DNA of 64,000 nt. It comes from Gammaproteobacteria bacterium GWE2_42_36. GTDB taxonomy: Bacteria; Pseudomonadota; Gammaproteobacteria; UBA12402. Made by a program: the position numbers and the translations under genes. The notes under the pieces are model-generated. The model was not told the DNA's origin and made no database searches. It saw nothing but the letters and a program-made list of their open reading frames with translations. The stretch lies in NCBI GenBank assembly GCA_001801305.1, contig MGXH01000058.1, forward strand, positions 961 through 64,960, written 5' to 3'. Of the stretch, positions 39,429 through 49,828 are shown one piece after another (positions within the stretch are counted from its first letter, which is position 1; every line of letters starts with the position of its first letter).

Positions 39429-41431
39429 GAGACTAACCACAGTAAAATAATCAAAGTCACAAACATATAGGTTAAATAAAGGCGTAAGTGGCCGCTTTGC
39501 CATTTAGCGATATGTTGGCTGATCGTTTTTATGCCGATTCGCCAAGGTTTATAAAACCATTCCCACGACCAATCGTCAGTATGCAATGCGTAATGTACGG
39601 ATTGTGTTTGATAAGGTTGATGAAGCGAGGGTCTGCGCTCTTGTGTTTCAGTGATTTTCCAAAAAGCCTGAAAAATTCGGCGGATTGGCATGGCAAAAGC
39701 GGTGCCAGTGTATTGCATGCGTTCGGTTAATCCACCAAAACCGCAATCCCAAGGGGAAACTAATTTATATTTTCTGGGATGCCACCAAAAATAAACGAGG
39801 CTTGTGATGAAAAGTAAGGCGATAAAAACACCAAGTCCCGAATAGGCCGTTTGTTGTACGGAAATCGGTGTTAACCATAACCAATTCCCGGAGGCGGGCA
39901 AGGCATAACCGATGCTTTGCTCTGCAATCGTATTCAGATGCGCGAGCGTGAATGACGGAAATAATCCAAAAAACAAACAACACGACGCCAGTAAGGCCAT
40001 CGATAAGCGCATCGCACGTGGCGCCTCATGCGCCGTGTGCATAGAGATGCTACGTGCTTTACCTAAAAAAATCATCCCATACGTTTTGACAAAACAAGTA
40101 GCAGCAAGAATGCCCGTTAAGGCTAAAATGGCGGCCGCTAAGGGAATTAAGATGCGCAATAATCCATTCGCTAATAACGAAGATTGCAAAGCGGTTTGAA
40201 AGGTTAACCATTCCGACACAAATCCATTGAAAGGCGGTAAGGCCGAAATGCTTAAACAGCCGATTAAAAAATAAAAAGCCGTGCGAGGCATTTTATGAAT
40301 GAGCCCCCCCATGTGTTCTAAATCATGTTCATGTGTTTGCTGAATTACACTACCCGCGCCTAAAAATAAGAGGCTTTTAAATAACGCATGATTTAAACAA
40401 TGATAAAGCGCAGCCAACAAACCCAGTGCTGCTAAAAGTGGATGGTTCGTCGCTTGAAAAATAAGCGACAATCCTAAACCAATAAAAATAATGCCAATAT
40501 TTTCGACTGAATGATAGGCGAGCAGACATTTGACGTCATGCTGCATGATTGCATACAGCACGCCGATCAAAGCAGAAATCGTGCCGATGAATAAAACAAC
40601 GCCGCCCAATGGCCAGAGATTGCCGATTGTTAAAAAGTAAAAACTTAGCCGAATAAAACCATACACTGCAATTTTTAACATAACGCCCGACATCAAAGCA
40701 GAAATCGGTGAGGGCGCAACGGGATGGGCTTTAGGTAGCCAAGCATGAAGTGGCACGAGCCCCGCTTTTGTCCCAAATCCCCATAAGCCTAAAATAAAAA
40801 TAACGCTTGTCCATGTCGGCGAAAGATGAAGATGAGTGAATGTGTTAAAATTCAAGTTCCCGCTCCATTTCGCCAACAATCCAAAACTGATCAGAATGCA
40901 AATCCCACTCATTTGCGCCATCAATAAATAAATAAAAGCGGCTTGGCGATTCGTTTCATGCTCATGTTCATGCGCGACGAGAAAATAACTTGATAATGAC
41001 ATCAATTCCCAAGCCAATAAGAAAATAAAGACATTGTTGGCGAGCAGAACGAGTAGCATGCTGCTCATAAATATAGCGGTGAAGAAACATAAATATTTTT
41101 TATGCGGAATGGATTGGATATAAGCCGGCAAATAAATAGCAACGGCAAAACCCACTAAACCGACAATAAAAAAGAAATAGCCGGAAAGTGTATCGAGTTT
41201 TAGTTGTAGCGATAACATGGGCAAAACAGATAATGGAATTGTTTGAGAGTATTCAGGTGCGGCGTTGAGCAAAGCGAGACAACCGGCTACCAATGCGCAA
41301 AGACTGCCGAGCATTAACAAACCGGCATTGAGTCGAGAAAATAATTTTTGATACGCACACGAAAAGAGCAGAGGTAAAAGCCCTGAAAGAAAAATTATCG
41401 CGATGGATAATGTGGCTAATCGTAGTGCCAT
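39425..41431 (-). CDS. NuoL-like antiporter membrane subunit (HyfB/HycC-like)
   Basis: The 668-aa ORF shows the antiporter-module signature (WLPKAHPVAPSPISALMSGVMLK). Confidence 0.85.
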   Translation of the reverse strand: MALRLATLSIAIIFLSGLLPLLFSCAYQKLFSRLNAGLLMLGSLCALVAGCLALLNAAPEYSQTIPLSVLPMLSLQLKLDTLSGYFFFIVGLVGFAVAIYLPAYIQSIPHKKYLCFFTAIFMSSMLLVLLANNVFIFLLAWELMSLSSYFLVAHEHEHETNRQAAFIYLLMAQMSGICILISFGLLAKWSGNLNFNTFTHLHLSPTWTSVIFILGLWGFGTKAGLVPLHAWLPKAHPVAPSPISALMSGVMLKIAVYGFIRLSFYFLTIGNLWPLGGVVLFIGTISALIGVLYAIMQHDVKCLLAYHSVENIGIIFIGLGLSLIFQATNHPLLAALGLLAALYHCLNHALFKSLLFLGAGSVIQQTHEHDLEHMGGLIHKMPRTAFYFLIGCLSISALPPFNGFVSEWLTFQTALQSSLLANGLLRILIPLAAAILALTGILAATCFVKTYGMIFLGKARSISMHTAHEAPRAMRLSMALLASCCLFFGLFPSFTLAHLNTIAEQSIGYALPASGNWLWLTPISVQQTAYSGLGVFIALLFITSLVYFWWHPRKYKLVSPWDCGFGGLTERMQYTGTAFAMPIRRIFQAFWKITETQERRPSLHQPYQTQSVHYALHTDDWSWEWFYKPWRIGIKTISQHIAKWQSGHLRLYLTYMFVTLIILLWLVS

Positions 41432-41728
41432 GGTTTTTGTCTATCATTGATTACGCATCGGGCTTGCTGACCACCCGTCTCAAGCAATGCGATTTTTTTA
41501 TCTTTTGTCTGTGTTCCATGCCGGCATTTTTTATCTTACACGATGGGAGCACCCTCAAATTGTGCGTAATAATCTCACTTGAACGATTGGAATGCAAGAA
41601 GTGTCAAGGATTGAGTGATGAAATGGCGCTTAATCTCTCAATTCTTATCAGAAGCATATTGCGTTTCATGGGGTAACCGTTAGAATAGCGCGCAATTTTA
41701 ATTAGACTTAAAAAACACATAAAATATC

Positions 41729-42628
41729 ATGCGAATACGATTATTTATTTTCACTTTCATCCTGGCATTTGTTGGATTGAGTACCGCTGTATGGGCCGAT
41801 TCTTCTAATACTGTTGGGTTGCAAAATAAGCTCAACAGTCCGTTGTCGGAATGGTTTCCGTATTGGAAAGAAAAAAATATCATGCCGATCAGTTTCTATA
41901 AGGAATCCTATGTGTTACCCGCTTATTTTGAATCAAAGGATCCATTTTATAAAGGCAGTACATCAGATAATAACAACATCAAGCGTATCGAATTTAAATT
42001 TCAATTTAGTTTAAAGGTTCCGATTTGGGCCAATATGTTTAATGCGCCTTTTACTTTCTATGGCGCTTATACCCAGTTATCTTTTTGGCAAGCCTATACC
42101 GGTTCACCTTTTTTTCGCGAAAGCAATTATGAACCAGAATTATTTTTTAGTTATGATGTGGATCATTTATTGAGCCATGATTGGCAGATCAGCACAATTA
42201 ATAGCGGTGTTGTACATCAATCGAATGGAAGAGGTGGGGAGTTGGAGCGCTCTTGGAACCGTGTTTATGCACAAGCTATCTTTGATCGCAATGAGGATTG
42301 GGAAGTGGGTGTGAAGCCTTGGTGGGTTATTCCGGGCGCTTCTATGACAAAACATAATCGAGATATTACCAATTATTTAGGGCATGGATCCTGGTTTGTT
42401 GCGTATAATTTCGCGCATCAACAACAGCTCATGTTGGAATCACGTAATGACGTCGAAAGTGGATTTCGTCGAATGGCTAACCAACTGACTTGGTCATACC
42501 CGTTAACGCAACAGATTCGACTCTATGCGCAATACTTTACGGGTTATGGTCAAAGCTTGATTGAATATAACCATCGTATTAGTGCAGTTGGCCTAGGCTT
42601 TTCATTTAATACCGCGCCGACGTTGTAA
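41729..42628 (+). CDS. pldA: Outer-membrane phospholipase A (PldA/OMPLA family)
   Basis: Signal peptide and the catalytic-region motif VHQSNGRGG (OMPLA active-site HxSNG). Confidence 0.85.
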   Translation: MRIRLFIFTFILAFVGLSTAVWADSSNTVGLQNKLNSPLSEWFPYWKEKNIMPISFYKESYVLPAYFESKDPFYKGSTSDNNNIKRIEFKFQFSLKVPIWANMFNAPFTFYGAYTQLSFWQAYTGSPFFRESNYEPELFFSYDVDHLLSHDWQISTINSGVVHQSNGRGGELERSWNRVYAQAIFDRNEDWEVGVKPWWVIPGASMTKHNRDITNYLGHGSWFVAYNFAHQQQLMLESRNDVESGFRRMANQLTWSYPLTQQIRLYAQYFTGYGQSLIEYNHRISAVGLGFSFNTAPTL

Positions 42629-43373
42629 TGGTCGATGGATTTTCGCGGTTGTGCCTTATATGTTGATGATGTGGCGGTGGCGGTTTTCTTTTATTAGCGA
42701 CATTCGAGACATAGAGTGAAACGATACGCGCAATCAAGACGATCACATAAATTTGCCCGATAACAGCTTCCATGTACGTTAACGTTTTTGCCATCGTACT
42801 GACGGGAGAAATATCTCCAAATCCGACCGAGGTTAATGTGATAAAACTAAGGTAAATAAATTCGGGTAACGCTAAAGCGTGACTACTGGGTATGTTTCGC
42901 AGATAAAAAAATGATTGAGGGTCAATCATTTGGCTGCTGTAAAAAATGAATGCAAAAATAATGCCAATTAACAAATAAACGCAAATAGCGCCATAAACAT
43001 CGTTAATCATTACATCATTGACAGTCAAAATGTTTTTTAAAATCGCGGCAACGATGACGAATAAGTTGATGGCGGTCAAAATATTGCTGCAAAGTAATAA
43101 AAAGTTACGATTAGAAAATTCTGCGGACCATCGTAAAATCACAACCAAGCAAAACAAAATGATGGCCGTAAAAACAATATTTTTTTTTCCACGAATCGCT
43201 CGGACGCTGAGTAAGAGCATCAAAGAAAACGACAGTTCGACAATGATTCGACCCATGTGCACGTTAGCCAAGATGCCATATAATAATAAAACAACAAAAA
43301 TGGAAATGAGTAGATGGAGAAATTTCCCATCGAACGTTTCAAATAGGGCGTTGCTGGTTAATGAACGCGCCAT
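42606..43373 (-). CDS. Potassium channel (TM helices + pore loop)
   Basis: Selectivity-filter signature LTSVGFGDISP (TxGYGD-type). Confidence 0.8.
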   Translation of the reverse strand: MARSLTSNALFETFDGKFLHLLISIFVVLLLYGILANVHMGRIIVELSFSLMLLLSVRAIRGKKNIVFTAIILFCLVVILRWSAEFSNRNFLLLCSNILTAINLFVIVAAILKNILTVNDVMINDVYGAICVYLLIGIIFAFIFYSSQMIDPQSFFYLRNIPSSHALALPEFIYLSFITLTSVGFGDISPVSTMAKTLTYMEAVIGQIYVIVLIARIVSLYVSNVANKRKPPPPHHQHIRHNRENPSTITTSARY

Positions 43374-43376
43374 GAA

Positions 43377-44387
43377 TTAGGATTCCATCGATTCGTTGTA
43401 TTGTCCTAAACTGGCGGCGCTATTTAATTGAGCACGCTTTAATAAAGCTTGTTGAGCCGCTGCGATATTTTCTGGTTTGCCTTTCCATGTTTTCAAGCAA
43501 GCTTCTTGCAAGGCGCGCGCATAAGAAAAGCTGAGTGACCAAGGTTGGTTGCCTTGTTGATTGATGCGATTGAGGTGTGCAGTTGCTGTTTTATCTGATT
43601 GACCACCTGATAAAAAATTAATGCTGGGTACAGCGGCCGGAACGGTTCTTCTTAAAATGCGTACAGTCATTTTGGCCGCTTGATCGACGGTGGCTTGTGA
43701 GGGGCAAGATTTTCCTGCGATGACCATGTTGGGTTTGAGCAGTATGTATTCGCATTGCACGTTATATTGAAACAGTGCCTTAAATACAGCGCGTTGTACT
43801 TTTTCGGTGACTTCAGCGCATTGTTCGATTGTGTGATCGCCATCCATTAACACTTCAGGCTCGACGATAGGAATGATCGATAAATTTTGACAAATTTTTG
43901 CATAGCGTGCCAGTAACATTGCGTGGGTTTTGATTAAGATCCGAGAAGGATTTGTTCCAGAAATTGGGTAAACAGCGCGCCATTTGGCAAATTGGGCGCC
44001 TTGCTTTTTATATTCCGCTAAACGTTCTGGTAGTCCGTCAAGACCTTGCGTAATTTGTTCTTCGGATGAGCTTTCAAAAGGAACGAGCCCTTTGTCGACT
44101 TTAATGCCGGGGATAATACCTTTTTGAGCGAGATAAACAGGAAAAGGCACGCCTTGCGCCGTTTTTTGTAGGAGCGTTTCTTCAAATAAAATAACGCCAC
44201 TCACCTGTTTTTCTAAGTCAGGCGTCGTAAATAATAGCTCTCGATAAGCGCGGCGATTTTCTTCCGTGCAATCGACTTGCACGGCCGCAAAACGTTTTTC
44301 AATGGTTTTTGAGCTTTCGTCGGCAGCGAGGAGTCCTTTTCCCTTTGCCGTGAGCGACTTAAGTGTCGTGGCCAGTGTGTTGTTCAT
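43377..44387 (-). CDS. Fructose-bisphosphate aldolase, class I
   Basis: Starts MNNTLATTLKSLTAKGKGLLAADESSKTIEKRF. Start set at the internal ATG (44387); the ORF-track extension is unlikely. Confidence 0.85.
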   Translation of the reverse strand: MNNTLATTLKSLTAKGKGLLAADESSKTIEKRFAAVQVDCTEENRRAYRELLFTTPDLEKQVSGVILFEETLLQKTAQGVPFPVYLAQKGIIPGIKVDKGLVPFESSSEEQITQGLDGLPERLAEYKKQGAQFAKWRAVYPISGTNPSRILIKTHAMLLARYAKICQNLSIIPIVEPEVLMDGDHTIEQCAEVTEKVQRAVFKALFQYNVQCEYILLKPNMVIAGKSCPSQATVDQAAKMTVRILRRTVPAAVPSINFLSGGQSDKTATAHLNRINQQGNQPWSLSFSYARALQEACLKTWKGKPENIAAAQQALLKRAQLNSAASLGQYNESMES

Positions 44388-45201
44388 GATAAGCGCTTCC
44401 TTTTGCTGAATGAAAAAACGGTTGTATTTTCTTGAGAAACGGTTTGAAGAATTTCGGATTAGCGGCCACAACGTGTCCCTGTTTGAAATAATCTTCACTG
44501 CCTTGGAAGTCGCTGATCAATCCACCCGCTTCTCGAATGATTAATGACGCGGCAGCCAAATCCCAAATTTTTAATCCTAATTTCCAGTAGCCATCCAAAA
44601 TACCGGCCGCCACATAGACCAAATCGAGCGCAGAAGAGCCGCTGCGTCGTATGGCTAAGCATTCTTTTGAAATAGCATGATAAGATTGATAATAACTCTC
44701 GTGCCACTCCGGCTCAGCGGGTGAAGGTGTTCCTGTTCCAATTAAACAATCTTCCATGAGATGTCGTCCACTGGCGCGAATTCGACGGTTACTTCGTTGT
44801 GCGCCTTCCCCCCGTGAAGCAGTAAATAAATCATCGCGAACGGGATCATAAATAACGGCGTGTTCAATGCGTCCGCGATAGCTTAATGCAATGGAAACGC
44901 AAAAATGAGGAAATCCGTGAATAAAATTAACCGTGCCGTCGAGAGGATCAATGATCCACTGATAATCGCTAGACAGGCCTAGTTTTCCGGCCTCTTCACT
45001 TAAAAAACAGTGATTAGGGTAGGCTGTTTGTAAGGTGTGAATGATGGTTTCTTCCGACAAACGATCAATATCCGTGACGAAATCTTTGTGTCCTTTCTTT
45101 TGAACGCGTATCAAGTCGGGGCGAGTGTAACCACGCATAATCGCATTGCCGGCATTTCTGGCTGCTTTGACGGCAGTTGTGACGAAAGGATGTAGGGCCA
45201 T
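44359..45201 (-). CDS. suhB: Inositol monophosphatase SuhB
   Basis: WIIDPLDGTVNFIHG and related IMPase motifs. Confidence 0.9.
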   Translation of the reverse strand: MALHPFVTTAVKAARNAGNAIMRGYTRPDLIRVQKKGHKDFVTDIDRLSEETIIHTLQTAYPNHCFLSEEAGKLGLSSDYQWIIDPLDGTVNFIHGFPHFCVSIALSYRGRIEHAVIYDPVRDDLFTASRGEGAQRSNRRIRASGRHLMEDCLIGTGTPSPAEPEWHESYYQSYHAISKECLAIRRSGSSALDLVYVAAGILDGYWKLGLKIWDLAAASLIIREAGGLISDFQGSEDYFKQGHVVAANPKFFKPFLKKIQPFFHSAKGSAYHEQHTGHDT

Positions 45202-45532
45202 AAAATTTACCTAATAATATTTTGCATAGCATATCAAAGATTTGATCTTGCGCAAGGAAAGAGAAGATGATTGAGCGAAGGAGATGCCAGAGAGACAAAA
45301 TTTTTTATATTTTAGTGTCTAAAAGCGATGCTTTGACGTTTTGTTATCTTTAAGGAAGAGGGAATCTATACAGGCCATTTATTTTGTTCGATGATCCTTT
45401 GAGGGTGATGTGACCATACCTCAATTCAAATCCTTGTTGTTCTGATCTTGATTGTCCATTGCTTTAGGAGAAAAATATCGTAAACTATCAGTAGTTCATT
45501 TTTATTGTCTGGTTGATGCTGAGGGAGAATCT

Positions 45533-46747
45533 ATGCAATTACCCATTTATTTAGACTATGCCGCAACAGCGCCAGTCGATCCCCGCGTCGCGGAAAAAAT
45601 GGCACGCTATTTAACGAAAGAGGGAGTTTTTGGGAATCCGGCTTCTCGATCTCACGTTTTTGGTTGGCAAGCCGCGGAAGCCGTCGAGCAGGCGCGTCAA
45701 CAAATCGCCGACTTAGTTAATGTTGATCCTAAAGAGATTATTTTTACTTCGGGCGCAACGGAATCGGATAATCTGGCGATTAAAGGTGCTGCCCATTTTT
45801 ATCAGCGCAAAGGCAAACATATTATTACCTCTAAAACGGAGCATAAAGCGGTTTTAGATACGTGTCGTCAGCTGGAAAGAGAAGGGTTTGAAGTGACGTA
45901 TTTAATGCCAGAACCCCAGGGTCAAATCGATTTGAATAAATTAGCAGCGGCGATTCGGCCAGACACGATTTTAATTTCCATCATGCACGTGAACAATGAA
46001 ATTGGAATCATTCAAGATTTAGCGGCGATTGGTTCATTGGCCCGATCCCAGGGCATTATTTTTCATGTCGATGCAGCGCAAAGTGCGGGAAAACTCCCCA
46101 TCGATTTAAAAACGCTGCCAGTTGACCTCATGTCGTTTTCCGCGCACAAAATTTACGGGCCCAAAGGCATTGGCGCCTTATATGTTCGTCAGCAACCACG
46201 CATTCGACTCGAAGCCCAAATGCATGGGGGTGGGCATGAACGCGGTATGCGATCAGGCACATTGCCGACACATCAGATTGTTGGTATAGGCGAGGCGTTT
46301 TACTTGGCGCGCATGGAAATGAAGGACTATATGCCGAAAATCCAAGCGCTACGCGACCGCTTGGTTAATGGACTTCAAGCTATTCCAGCGATTCGTGTGA
46401 ATACGGATTTAGAGCACAGCGTGCCGACTATTTTAAATATTAGCTTTAATTATATTGAAGGTGAGTCGCTGATGTTGACGCTTAAAAATATCGCTATCTC
46501 GAGTGGCTCTGCCTGTACTTCGGCGAGTTTAGAGCCTTCTTATGTATTGCGTGCTTTAGGGTTAAATGATGAATTGGCTCACAGCTCCATTCGCTTTTCA
46601 TTCGGACGATTTACAACGGTTGAAGAAATTGATTATACCCTTGAGGTGGTAGAGAAAGGTGTGGCGCGGTTGCGAGAGATGTCACTGCTCTGGGAAATGC
46701 ATCAAAAAGGAATTGATGTGGAGAATTATCAATGGGGCCAGCGTTAA
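45533..46747 (+). CDS. iscS: Cysteine desulfurase IscS
   Basis: Starts [19 protein letters not shown] and has the [13 protein letters not shown]-lysine motif and an SSGSACTS active Cys loop. A GAGGGAG RBS precedes 45533. Confidence 0.95.
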   Translation: MQLPIYLDYAATAPVDPRVAEKMARYLTKEGVFGNPASRSHVFGWQAAEAVEQARQQIADLVNVDPKEIIFTSGATESDNLAIKGAAHFYQRKGKHIITSKTEHKAVLDTCRQLEREGFEVTYLMPEPQGQIDLNKLAAAIRPDTILISIMHVNNEIGIIQDLAAIGSLARSQGIIFHVDAAQSAGKLPIDLKTLPVDLMSFSAHKIYGPKGIGALYVRQQPRIRLEAQMHGGGHERGMRSGTLPTHQIVGIGEAFYLARMEMKDYMPKIQALRDRLVNGLQAIPAIRVNTDLEHSVPTILNISFNYIEGESLMLTLKNIAISSGSACTSASLEPSYVLRALGLNDELAHSSIRFSFGRFTTVEEIDYTLEVVEKGVARLREMSLLWEMHQKGIDVENYQWGQR

Positions 46748-46886
46748 AAAATGGATTTTTCACGCAATTTGTGGATTATAATGGTAAGCGTCTTTTGGCG
46801 CGAGCTAAGAAATCGTTTCGCGATGGGGCAAGAACGTTTCTCTCTCATGTTGAATGTGAAATATTAAATTCAGGAGAATGAAGTTT

Positions 46887-47288
46887 ATGATGCAATACAG
46901 TAAAGAAGTGATGGAACATTATGAGCACCCTCGCAATGTCGGCTCGTTGGATGAAAATGATCCATCTGTTGGAACTGGCATTGTCGGCGCACCCTCGTGC
47001 GGGGATGTTTTGCGGCTACAAATTAAAGTCAGTGCAACGGGTCTTATCGAAGATGCAAAGTTTAAAACTTACGGATGTGGTTCGGCAATTGCGGCAAGTT
47101 CTTTAGCGACTGAAAAACTCAAAGGTAAAACATTGGACGAAGCGCTGACAATTAAAAATAAAGATCTGGCTGATGAGCTTACATTGCCCCCGAACAAAAT
47201 TCATTGTTCGATTGTGGCGGAAGAGGCGATTCAACTAGCTATTCAGGATTATCGTAATAAACAAGTTCAAAAGAGTGATCATTCGTAA
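46887..47288 (+). CDS. iscU: Fe-S cluster scaffold IscU
   Basis: HYEHPRNVGS, GAPSCGDV and LPPNKIHCS motifs. Confidence 0.95.
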   Translation: MMQYSKEVMEHYEHPRNVGSLDENDPSVGTGIVGAPSCGDVLRLQIKVSATGLIEDAKFKTYGCGSAIAASSLATEKLKGKTLDEALTIKNKDLADELTLPPNKIHCSIVAEEAIQLAIQDYRNKQVQKSDHS

Positions 47289-47289
47289 A

Positions 47290-47613
47290 ATGCCTAAAAT
47301 TACTGTTTTGCCACATCCGTTGCTATGCCCAGAAGGTGCGCAATTTGAAACTCATCCGGGAGCGAATTTGCTTGCTTGTTTATTGCAGCAAGGGATCGCA
47401 ATAGAGCATGCGTGTGAATTTCAAGGGGCTTGCGGTACTTGCCATGTTTATCTAAGAAAGGGATATGACTCCGTCACCTTGCCTGCGTCAGCGGAGGAAG
47501 AAGTGCTGGACCATGTTTGGGGATTGGAAACCGATTCACGCTTAAGTTGCAATGTTCAGGTGGGCCAGCAGGATTTAACGATAGAAATTCCCAGGTATTC
47601 GCGTAATCAGTAA
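47290..47613 (+). CDS. fdx: [2Fe-2S] ferredoxin (ISC-type, adrenodoxin-like)
   Basis: Starts MPKITVLPHPLLCPEG and has CxxxxxCxxC...C ligands. It is nearly collinear with E. coli Fdx. Confidence 0.9.
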   Translation: MPKITVLPHPLLCPEGAQFETHPGANLLACLLQQGIAIEHACEFQGACGTCHVYLRKGYDSVTLPASAEEEVLDHVWGLETDSRLSCNVQVGQQDLTIEIPRYSRNQ

Positions 47614-47645
47614 GGGGATGAGTATTCCCTTATGTTTTTTTGAAG
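47614..47645. terminator. Hairpin + T-run (AAGGG...CCCTT then tgttttttt) between convergent fdx and rpoS
   Basis: Stem seen by eye; it is weak (5-6 bp). Confidence 0.4.
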
Positions 47646-47671
47646 ATTTTTTCGAAGGTTTAAGCAGGCCG

Positions 47672-48610
47672 CTATCCTTCCAAAATATCGCCCGAAATTC
47701 CATGTTTTTCCATGACTCTACGTAATTGACGAAGCGCTTCGTTTTGAAGTTGCCTGGCCCGTTCTCGAGAAAGTCCCAGATGAGATCCGACGCGTTCAAA
47801 AGACTCTTTGCTCTCAGTGGCATAGGCGTATGAGCCCAGGCCGAAGCGCTGTTCGAGAATGGAGCGATGTTTGACGCTTAATTCTTGCATCCAATCTTTT
47901 AGTTTAAGCTTGAGATTTTCTCGTATTGTTTTGGATTCAGGGTTTTGCTGATGACTATCACTTAATGTGTCTAATAACGTCTGTTCCCCATCGTTTAATG
48001 TCTTATCATAAGAAATGACTTGGTCATTCGCTTGCAATACAGCTCTGACTTCTTCATAGGAACGATCAACTTTTTGGGCGATCTCTTCCGTTGTGGGCTC
48101 GCGTCCCAAACTTTGATGCAATTGTTTGGCTGCTCTCAAATAAATATTGAGTTCTTTAATGACATGGATGGGCATTCTGATCGTGCGGCTTTGATTCATG
48201 ATAGCGCGTTCGATTGTTTGTTTGATCCACCAAGTTGCATAAGTCGAAAATCTGAAACCGCGTTCGGGATCGAATTTTTCCACTGCATGCATCAGGCCGA
48301 GATTGCCTTCTTCGATGAGATCGAGAAATTTCAAGCCCCGATGACGATATTGTTTGGCGATTTTAACGACTAATCTTAAATTAGATTCAATCATCTTGTT
48401 TCTGGCTTTTTCATCGCCTTGTAGCGCTAATCGGCCATAATAGGTTTCTTCTTCAGCGGTGAGCAAATTGGCATAACCAATCTCTTTCAGGTAGAGCTGA
48501 GTCGGATCACTGGAGGCATATTTTTTTTCGGTTACTTCTTTCCGTTCTGTAGCTATGGCTTCGAAAAAATGTTCTTCGACGACGGTTGTATCGCGTTGCT
48601 GCTTGGCCAT
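47672..48610 (-). CDS. rpoS: RNA polymerase sigma factor RpoS (sigma-38)
   Basis: Region 2-4 is near-identical to E. coli RpoS ([71 protein letters not shown]). Confidence 0.9.
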   Translation of the reverse strand: MAKQQRDTTVVEEHFFEAIATERKEVTEKKYASSDPTQLYLKEIGYANLLTAEEETYYGRLALQGDEKARNKMIESNLRLVVKIAKQYRHRGLKFLDLIEEGNLGLMHAVEKFDPERGFRFSTYATWWIKQTIERAIMNQSRTIRMPIHVIKELNIYLRAAKQLHQSLGREPTTEEIAQKVDRSYEEVRAVLQANDQVISYDKTLNDGEQTLLDTLSDSHQQNPESKTIRENLKLKLKDWMQELSVKHRSILEQRFGLGSYAYATESKESFERVGSHLGLSRERARQLQNEALRQLRRVMEKHGISGDILEG

Positions 48611-48626
48611 GATCGCTTTCTCCCTG

Positions 48627-48869
48627 TTATTTATCCGTTGTGCTCTCTGATTTTATGGGGTCAATAGTCGTTGTTAGTTGCTCGATTTCAACAAGGCGGT
48701 TTTTCGCCGCTTGAATATCATGTGCGCTAGCAAAGCTAAATAAACTTTTAGCAAGGCCATAGCGTTTTTGTTGAAAGAAAATTTCTCCTAGTTTGCAGGT
48801 TGCCGCCATATCATTCAGGGCCACTTGATCGATGAGAGCAGGCGAAATTGATGCGTTGAAGCCATTCAT
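48627..48869 (-). CDS. Small hypothetical protein (possible partial Sel1/TPR-like)
   Basis: The 80-aa ORF lies between csrA and rpoS, where nlpD often sits in other bacteria. Confidence 0.35.
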   Translation of the reverse strand: MNGFNASISPALIDQVALNDMAATCKLGEIFFQQKRYGLAKSLFSFASAHDIQAAKNRLVEIEQLTTTIDPIKSESTTDK

Positions 48870-48980
48870 ATACTTTTATCCTATGAGCTAACTTAATCTA
48901 GTCGTGGCAATCGGGGTCTTATTTTCTCCTTGTAAGAGATTTCAGATAATCGATTGCCACGGATATTTCCTTATGTTTCT

Positions 48981-49214
48981 TTAATCTTCGCTTTCTGGCT
49001 GAAGGTCCTGATCAAAATCTTGATCATTCCCCGCTTCACCTGTATCGCCTTCCTCTTGAATCCGTTTGTAAATTTCTTCACGGTGTACTGAGATATGTTT
49101 TGGGGCCTCGATGCCTACTTTGATTTGATTGCCCTTCTGCGATAAAATCGTAATCGTGATTTCTCGTTGACCGATAACTAAGCTTTCTCCAATTCTTCTG
49201 GTTAGGATTAACAT
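48981..49214 (-). CDS. csrA: Carbon storage regulator CsrA (with an acidic C-terminal extension)
   Basis: [16 protein letters not shown]...ITITIL...[22 protein letters not shown] core, then a D/E-rich tail. Confidence 0.93.
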   Translation of the reverse strand: MLILTRRIGESLVIGQREITITILSQKGNQIKVGIEAPKHISVHREEIYKRIQEEGDTGEAGNDQDFDQDLQPESED

Positions 49215-49828
49215 TTGAATTCTCCTTATGTTCCCTTGTGTAAAAAAATAGGCTGTCTATCTCAACTTGTGGATGGACAGCCTTAACTTGATTTAGCATC
49301 CGTTTTTATTATTTTTTCTTCCTGTATTTTTATTATTGTTATTATTATTTTTAATATTATCTTGACGGCTTACGCCACCGATGATACTTATATTTTTTGT
49401 CACGGGTGATTTGGGATTAGCTATAGCCAATCTTGAATAGAGCATCGCATCACCGTGCTTTGTTCGGCTAGGTTTTTGCTTTGCAAACATTCTGTTTTCT
49501 CCATGACAAATTTTTTGTATCCGAATCGGTAACGATTCCTATTCACTTTGGCTTCAGACAACCTGTTTAGCTCTCGAGGCCGCATTTGTTCTTGTTTTTA
49601 TCCGCACCCCGAAAAGCTTAGGCTGGTTAAGCTGCGTGCATAGTAAGCTTTGCGTAAAACATGTTCAACTAGACGGGTTCTCAATTGAAAATATGCATTG
49701 CTAATCATATATTATATTTATAATGTAAATTACTGTATAAATTCACAGAGTAAAATCGTATAATAAAATTATTGCGTTTCATCATTTTAATGTTACGATA
49801 ATTTTGATTGGTAATTGGAGGTGTTTAT

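Noticed and set aside
49293-49490. 65-aa ORF with an N/K-rich low-complexity translation
   Set aside because: It lies in an extremely AT-rich simple-sequence region upstream of csrA, with no RBS and only homopolymeric codons. It is most likely non-coding.
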